From Candidatus Uhrbacteria bacterium RIFCSPLOWO2_01_FULL_47_17 (GTDB lineage Bacteria > Patescibacteriota > Patescibacteriia > UBA9934 > GWF2-40-263), in the NCBI GenBank assembly GCA_001791305.1, contig MGEI01000005.1, forward strand, positions 44,488 to 108,487: a stretch of 64,000 nt of DNA, in the 5' to 3' direction. Position numbers and translations under genes: made by a program. The notes below the pieces were generated by a model. It saw only the letters and a list, made by a program, of their open reading frames with translations, was not told where the DNA came from and ran no database searches. Every line of letters starts with the position of its first letter. Positions within the stretch are counted from its first letter, which is position 1. Of the stretch, positions 59,951-64,000 are shown one piece after another.

Positions 59951-61133
59951 TTGCAGACATTTGAATACAACAGAACAAAGCGGCGTCGGAGAGTACACCA
60001 TTCAACTCCTCGGCGCGCTTTTTGAATTACAATCTTCGGCGGCGTCTGGGGACACCACCCATAACAGAGAACATGAATATGTCTTGCTCACGACGGGACG
60101 AGAGACACCGGAACTGCTTGCGATCTTTCGCGCGCGCACTTCCCCGTCGTTTGTGTTTCCATCGTTTGTAAAACATACGCACGTTCCCATCGCAAACAAA
60201 TTTTTGAATGTGAAATTGCTTTTGATGAAACAACCCACACTCAACTGGCTCGTTAAAGATGAAATTGATCTCGTGTTTCTTCCGAACATAAACATCACGG
60301 TCCTTCCAACAACCATTCCAACCGTGCTTACGGTTCATGATGTCTCGTGGAAATTTTTTCCGGAATTTTTCTCACACAAAATGCGTGCGTGGCATCATCT
60401 TCTCGACGCACACAAACTCATCGGCCGCGCGCATGCGATCATCACACCATCGACAACGACAAAGAACGATGTCGCGCGTGTCTTTCACAAATCCCCAGAC
60501 GAGATCACAACCATTCCGCACGGTGTCGCTTCGAACTTTCATCCAAAAATGGAAGCACACGACCACGGCGTTCGTTCGAAACTCAAACTTCCAAGACGCT
60601 ACGCTCTATTCGTAGGAACGATCGAACCGCGAAAAAATGTTTTGTCGATCATTGAAGGAATGAAACGTTATCGCGAAATGACACACGACGATCTTCACCT
60701 CGTCCTCGTCGGTAAGTGGGGTTGGAAATCGCACAGCATTCGCCGCAGACTTTGGAAGCGAGACACGCAAGGTTGGGTGCATAATCTCGAGTACATCAAT
60801 CCGCGCGATCTGCCGGCCGTTTACCGATCGGCCAGCGTTTTCCTCTGGCCATCATTCTATGAAGGCTTCGGATTACCGATCCTTGAAGCAATGGCGTGTG
60901 GAGTTCCTGTAATCACGAGTAACATCTCGAGTATGCCGGAAGTGACGGGCACAAGCGCACTCCACGTCGATCCATTTAACATCCAAGACATCGCCGACGC
61001 CTTAAAAGGCGTCATTCCGCTCCAACCCCTCCATGAACAGCTCAAAAAAGGCGGCCTCGAGCGCGCAGCGGAGTTCACTTGGGAAAAGGCGGCGGAACAG
61101 ACGCTTGAAGTATTTAAGAAATCCACCAATTAA
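59934..61133 (+). CDS. Glycosyltransferase family 4
   Basis: EGFGLPILEAMACGVPVITS motif. Its start overlaps the previous GT4 gene by 17 nt. Confidence 0.85.
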   Translation: MRILVDCRHLNTTEQSGVGEYTIQLLGALFELQSSAASGDTTHNREHEYVLLTTGRETPELLAIFRARTSPSFVFPSFVKHTHVPIANKFLNVKLLLMKQPTLNWLVKDEIDLVFLPNINITVLPTTIPTVLTVHDVSWKFFPEFFSHKMRAWHHLLDAHKLIGRAHAIITPSTTTKNDVARVFHKSPDEITTIPHGVASNFHPKMEAHDHGVRSKLKLPRRYALFVGTIEPRKNVLSIIEGMKRYREMTHDDLHLVLVGKWGWKSHSIRRRLWKRDTQGWVHNLEYINPRDLPAVYRSASVFLWPSFYEGFGLPILEAMACGVPVITSNISSMPEVTGTSALHVDPFNIQDIADALKGVIPLQPLHEQLKKGGLERAAEFTWEKAAEQTLEVFKKSTN

Positions 61134-61290
61134 TTGGTGGATTTCTTAACATTCTCGATCAATTCATGCTCATACATCTTCTTCAAAGCATGTAACACAA
61201 CAGCGACTCTATTTTCAAAACGACCAGATTCCACCATAGAGTCGATAAAGGCTTCAAGTTGTGGAGTGAGTGAAATGGAAAGTGTGGACA
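61130..61290 (-). pseudogene. ParD/RHH-type antitoxin-like gene, frame-disrupted (apparent 1-nt deletion), orphan
   Basis: The ATG frame reads MSTLSISLTPN, then stops. The +2 frame continues LEAFIDSMVESGRFENRVAVVLHALKKMYEHELIENVKKSTN to the stop. Together they match the ParD pattern (SL.P.L.AFID..V.SGR). The break is at the CCAAAC run near 61258. Confidence 0.45.
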
Positions 61291-61431
61291 TATAAGTTAG
61301 TTTAACATGAAATTATCGTATTTTTCTAGAGTGTTCGTTAGCTATCCATCTTCCTTCCTTTTCAACCCTTTCCGCCCTCTCCGCCATTTCCACATTTTCG
61401 CTAAAATGAGTAAATTTACTGCGCTCCACTC

Positions 61432-61460
61432 TTGACAAAATCCCAAAAAAGTGGTATAGT
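61432..61460 (+). promoter_or_regulatory. Strong extended -10 sigma70-type promoter
   Basis: TTGACA, 17 nt, TGgTATAGT. Confidence 0.6.
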
Positions 61461-61466
61461 GAGGAG

Positions 61467-61690
61467 GTTAAAAGTCAAAAAGTCGCTGTGTCCTTCACAA
61501 CCTAATGGGGAGAGAGCTGTGCTATCCAGTCCCACTCGAAGATAGCAAGGAAAGTAGTTAGAAGTTCGTAGTTAGGTCGGAAAAGGTTCCGAAAACCCTA
61601 ACTTCAAACTACCAACTACCAACTTCTACTTTTCCAAAACCGATGTTTGAGTATTTCTCGTGAAGTATTTGAACATCGGTTTTTCTGTTA
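61467..61690 (+). ncRNA. Candidate structured leader/small RNA with intrinsic terminator (function unknown)
   Basis: A long imperfect hairpin, ggaaagtagttagaagttcgtagttagg...ccctaacttcaaactaccaactaccaacttctacttttcc, is followed by a terminator hairpin (ccgatgtt...aacatcgg) and TTTTT, ending 45 nt before the next ATG. Confidence 0.3.
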
Positions 61691-61738
61691 ACAGGTCGAA
61701 TAACAAAGCTGCACAAAGTGCGGTGAGGAAAAAATCAA

Positions 61739-62032
61739 ATGGGTTGGATCATTTTCATTGTGGTTGCATTCATGGTTTCCACTGTGATTGCGAATCTTGT
61801 CTCAGAGAATATCAAAAGCCAAGCGGCGGATCTGACGTGGAAGGGTATCCCGCGGAGGACGACGGAACATCAGGCGGTCATCGCATTCGTCTGGACGTCG
61901 ATCGTCGCCTTTTCGATCTTGATGGGCGTGGGCTACATGTTCACGCATATCGAGTCCGTTGGAGAGTCAACGACCTACCTTAGCTACGACGAGCAGGTCA
62001 ATGACGGACACGTCATCTACACCGGCAATTAA
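61739..62032 (+). CDS. Small hypothetical 2-TM membrane protein
   Basis: RBS GGTGAGGA 8 nt upstream; 97 aa. Confidence 0.55.
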   Translation: MGWIIFIVVAFMVSTVIANLVSENIKSQAADLTWKGIPRRTTEHQAVIAFVWTSIVAFSILMGVGYMFTHIESVGESTTYLSYDEQVNDGHVIYTGN

Positions 62033-62037
62033 TTTTT

Positions 62038-62150
62038 CCCTCTCACTTAGCTTGCGCAGCGAATGAGAGACTCGCTCTTTGACACATTCTCGACCTGCCC
62101 GCAGCTGCTTCACAGCTGCGGGACTCGACACCGCCCGTCATTTGCGAATG
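62038..62150 (+). repeat. Inter-ORF structured repeat, copy A (hairpin cccgcagctg-CTTCA-cagctgcggg at 62097-62121)
   Basis: Shares ccctctcacttagc, gaatgagagactcgctctttga.aca, the hairpin and gactcgac with copy C, and the core with copy B. Confidence 0.7.
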
Positions 62151-62218
62151 TCGCACATGGTGGTCGGTCTGAGGAAGCACACACGCTCGGCGAATTCGCG
62201 GAGCAAGAGGAAATTGAA

Positions 62219-62512
62219 ATGGTCACCAAGGAATGTGTCTTCAAGGCAATTGAAGCGATTGCCGATTTCGTGCATGAACATCATGGACATTTGATGGTCC
62301 AAGACGTTGCGCGGCTGACGCTTGCGTTGCGGGAACAGTCGCACTTCGAGTGCGTCATCGGCGTTCCGGGTCTCTACTCGATCGACGCCGGGACGACCAA
62401 GCAGATCGTGCGCGTGCGTATTTATCAGGGTGTGCACTCGAACGAACTGACCGACTCCCTGATCGCTCGCATCCTCGACGGCAACGCCTGGACGCACGAT
62501 GTGTCGCAGTAG
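62219..62512 (+). CDS. Hypothetical protein (GC-rich island)
   Basis: ATG preceded by GAGGAAAT. The track's longer 5' extension is a translation of repeat A. Confidence 0.45.
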   Translation: MVTKECVFKAIEAIADFVHEHHGHLMVQDVARLTLALREQSHFECVIGVPGLYSIDAGTTKQIVRVRIYQGVHSNELTDSLIARILDGNAWTHDVSQ

Positions 62513-62640
62513 TTCTCGACTTCGCGTCGGAACTTCGCTCTTTGAAACAATTTCGACTTGCCGCCAACAGCTTCACTGTTGGCGGACTCGACTTCGTTCA
62601 TCACCTCCGATCGCCGGATGTGTGGTGCGCGGAGCAGAGT
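62513..62640 (+). repeat. Inter-ORF structured repeat, copy B (hairpin ccgccaacag-CTTCA-ctgttggcgg at 62560-62584)
   Basis: Conserved tcgctctttgaaaca, hairpin geometry, and gactcgacttcgttcatcacctccgatcgccggatgtgtggtgcgcg. The stem sequence differs from A and C by compensatory changes. Confidence 0.7.
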
Positions 62641-62730
62641 CTGGTTCTGTGTTATAGGCGGGGTCCCCTGACCCCGCGAGGTTTGCACAACAACCGCCCG
62701 CCCAAGTTTGGGTCGGCAACAAGGAAAAGC

Positions 62731-63513
62731 ATGTTCCATTTCGGAAAGTCAAAGTCGAATCCCATTCACGACTCGAGGAAGCCTGTCCGCGAGGACGCCT
62801 TCGAAGTCCCCTGGACAGATCGTGAGGACGACATGGAAATCGACGACAACGTGAACTACGGCGTGCGGCAATCGCTGCGCAAGAACCGCAAGTTGAACGC
62901 CCAGATGAACATGAACACGAAAATCACGGAGCTGCAGTGGATGTTCCGGATGAGCTATGCGGAGGCCGTGAAGATGATCGCCGACGTACAGCGCGACAAG
63001 CCGAAGCGGACGCGCGAACAGCGCAGCGACCTGTACCTCGAGTCGAACCCCGACGGCGAGGACAAGATCGCAGCGCTCAAGAAGCGCTACGCCAGTCGGT
63101 GCCTCATCCGGTACTTCATCAACAAGGCGCACAACAGCTTCACCTGGAAGAACTCGAACCGCACGGCGAACAGGCAGTGGAACCGCCACGAGCCGACCGT
63201 TCACGTCCCGTGGACGATCGGCGAAGAGACGTGCGCGACGTACCTCGTGCAACAGCGCGAAGACGAGCAGGAACGGCACGAACACGCCATGTACATCGCT
63301 CGCGAAATGGAGCGTGAGAATGAGCTCGAACTCGCCGCTGCCCGTTGGGACGCGGCGCTCGAAGCGGAAATGGACGCATTCAAAGAACTCGAGCGTCGCT
63401 ACGACAAGGGCAAGTGGTGCCTCAAGCTCGACACCAAGCCCGATCTCGATCGGATCGACGTGTTGGAGCAGCACTTCGACAGCGGCGCCAAGGTCTACCG
63501 GCACGCGGCCTAG
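62731..63513 (+). CDS. Hypothetical protein (GC-rich island), charged/coiled-coil rich
   Basis: ATG preceded by AAGGAAAAG; 260 aa. The upstream part of the track ORF overlaps repeat B and the previous gene. Confidence 0.5.
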   Translation: MFHFGKSKSNPIHDSRKPVREDAFEVPWTDREDDMEIDDNVNYGVRQSLRKNRKLNAQMNMNTKITELQWMFRMSYAEAVKMIADVQRDKPKRTREQRSDLYLESNPDGEDKIAALKKRYASRCLIRYFINKAHNSFTWKNSNRTANRQWNRHEPTVHVPWTIGEETCATYLVQQREDEQERHEHAMYIAREMERENELELAAARWDAALEAEMDAFKELERRYDKGKWCLKLDTKPDLDRIDVLEQHFDSGAKVYRHAA

Positions 63514-63527
63514 TTCCTTCAACAACA

Positions 63528-63650
63528 TCCCTCTCACTTAGCCTCGCGCGAATGAGAGACTCGCTCTTTGAAACAAAGGTCTGCCCGCAGCTGCTTCACA
63601 GCTGCGGGACTCGACTTCGAACATCACTTCCGATAGACGGATGTGGTGCG
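63528..63650 (+). repeat. Inter-ORF structured repeat, copy C (hairpin cccgcagctg-CTTCA-cagctgcggg at 63584-63608)
   Basis: Near-identical to copy A in the 5' half and to copy B in the 3' half (gactcgacttcgaacatcacttccgatagacggatgtggtgcgcg). Confidence 0.7.
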
Positions 63651-63681
63651 CGATGAGGGTCAACAACGGAGGAAGAAAAAG

Positions 63682-63990
63682 ATGAATGCCAGGCAAGCTC
63701 TCGAAAAGATTCGGGCGATCGATCGAGATCACAACCGAGCTTACTGGAACGATGTGGATCGACTCCTCAAGGAGTTCGAACCGGTGTTCGAGGACGATCC
63801 TGAAGGGTTCGAAATCAACATCGGTCGGGCCGCTTCGTTTCGCGTCTCACTGCGCAAAGGCGGATACCGCGTGCTTCGCTGGTCGCATTGGGCACACGTG
63901 TACGATCCGACGCCGATGGCCAACGAGGCAAATGCGACCGAAGTTTTCGACCGCATTCTCGAAGCCGTCACCGCGCCGGCTGCTGCGTAG
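63682..63990 (+). CDS. Hypothetical protein (GC-rich island)
   Basis: ATG preceded by GGAGGAAGAAAAAG; 102 aa. Confidence 0.45.
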   Translation: MNARQALEKIRAIDRDHNRAYWNDVDRLLKEFEPVFEDDPEGFEINIGRAASFRVSLRKGGYRVLRWSHWAHVYDPTPMANEANATEVFDRILEAVTAPAAA

Positions 63991-64000
63991 TTCAATCAAC

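Noticed and set aside
62749-63537. 262-aa minus-strand ORF in the GC-rich island
   Set aside because: Leu/Val/Arg-rich antisense shadow of the plus-strand ORF, which has a proper RBS (AAGGAAAAG-ATG). Such shadow ORFs are typical of high-GC DNA.
62033-63650. CRISPR array interpretation of the repeats
   Set aside because: The repeats are about 110 nt, not identical, irregularly spaced, and separated by full ORFs with RBSs. No cas genes are in the window.
62063-63656. Conserved peptide MRDSLF..CPQLLHSCGTR at the N-termini of track ORFs 62063.. and 63345..
   Set aside because: It is a translation of the repeated inter-ORF element. The real starts are downstream ATGs with RBSs. The conservation is at the nucleotide/structure level.

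Overview
This 64-kb window looks like a chromosomal segment from a small-genome, moderately AT-rich bacterium that uses the standard genetic code. Gene content is consistent with a CPR/Patescibacteria-like lineage (this is inference; no database searches were run): mostly housekeeping genes, one giant Cys-rich surface protein, O-antigen-ligase/TPR membrane proteins and a DsbA-like oxidoreductase.

Confidently recognised genes are rsmA, a GalE-like epimerase, prfB (with its programmed +1 frameshift), groES-groEL with an upstream CIRCE operator, yidC, nusA, yraN, argS, valS, a CCA/poly(A)-polymerase-family enzyme, an RluD-like pseudouridine synthase, rplS, uvrA, secG, an OppA-type solute-binding protein, RNase J, a hicB-hicA toxin-antitoxin pair, trpS, an AsnA-like class II synthetase-fold protein, and a polysaccharide locus with one initiating phosphotransferase and two GT4 glycosyltransferases.

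There are five tRNA genes, all with encoded CCA: Val-TAC, Leu-GAG, Val-GAC, Ile-TAT and Leu-CAG. An RNase P RNA (rnpB) sits on the minus strand at about 56.5-56.9 kb, where the ORF track shows only spurious ORFs.

The supplied ORF track omits a giant minus-strand ORF covering 1..8703. It encodes a >2,900-aa signal-peptide-bearing Cys-rich protein and was left out because it runs off the window edge with no stop codon inside the window.

The most unusual region is a GC-rich island from about 61.7 kb to the window end. It holds four small ORFs of unknown function, each separated by a roughly 110-nt conserved repeat. Every repeat contains a 10-bp-stem hairpin with a conserved CTTCA loop, and the stems of different copies show compensatory base changes. 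The layout is cassette-array-like ([ORF][repeat]xN) and points to an undescribed structured inter-cistronic element. Upstream of the island is a strong extended -10 promoter, a long structured leader with an intrinsic terminator, and a frameshifted ParD-like antitoxin remnant.

Other notable items are a 30-bp perfect inverted repeat built from heptamer repeats in the nusA leader, REP-like G-rich palindromes, a terminator-type attenuator in front of the asnA-like gene, and a MopE-repeat/FG-GAP surface protein.
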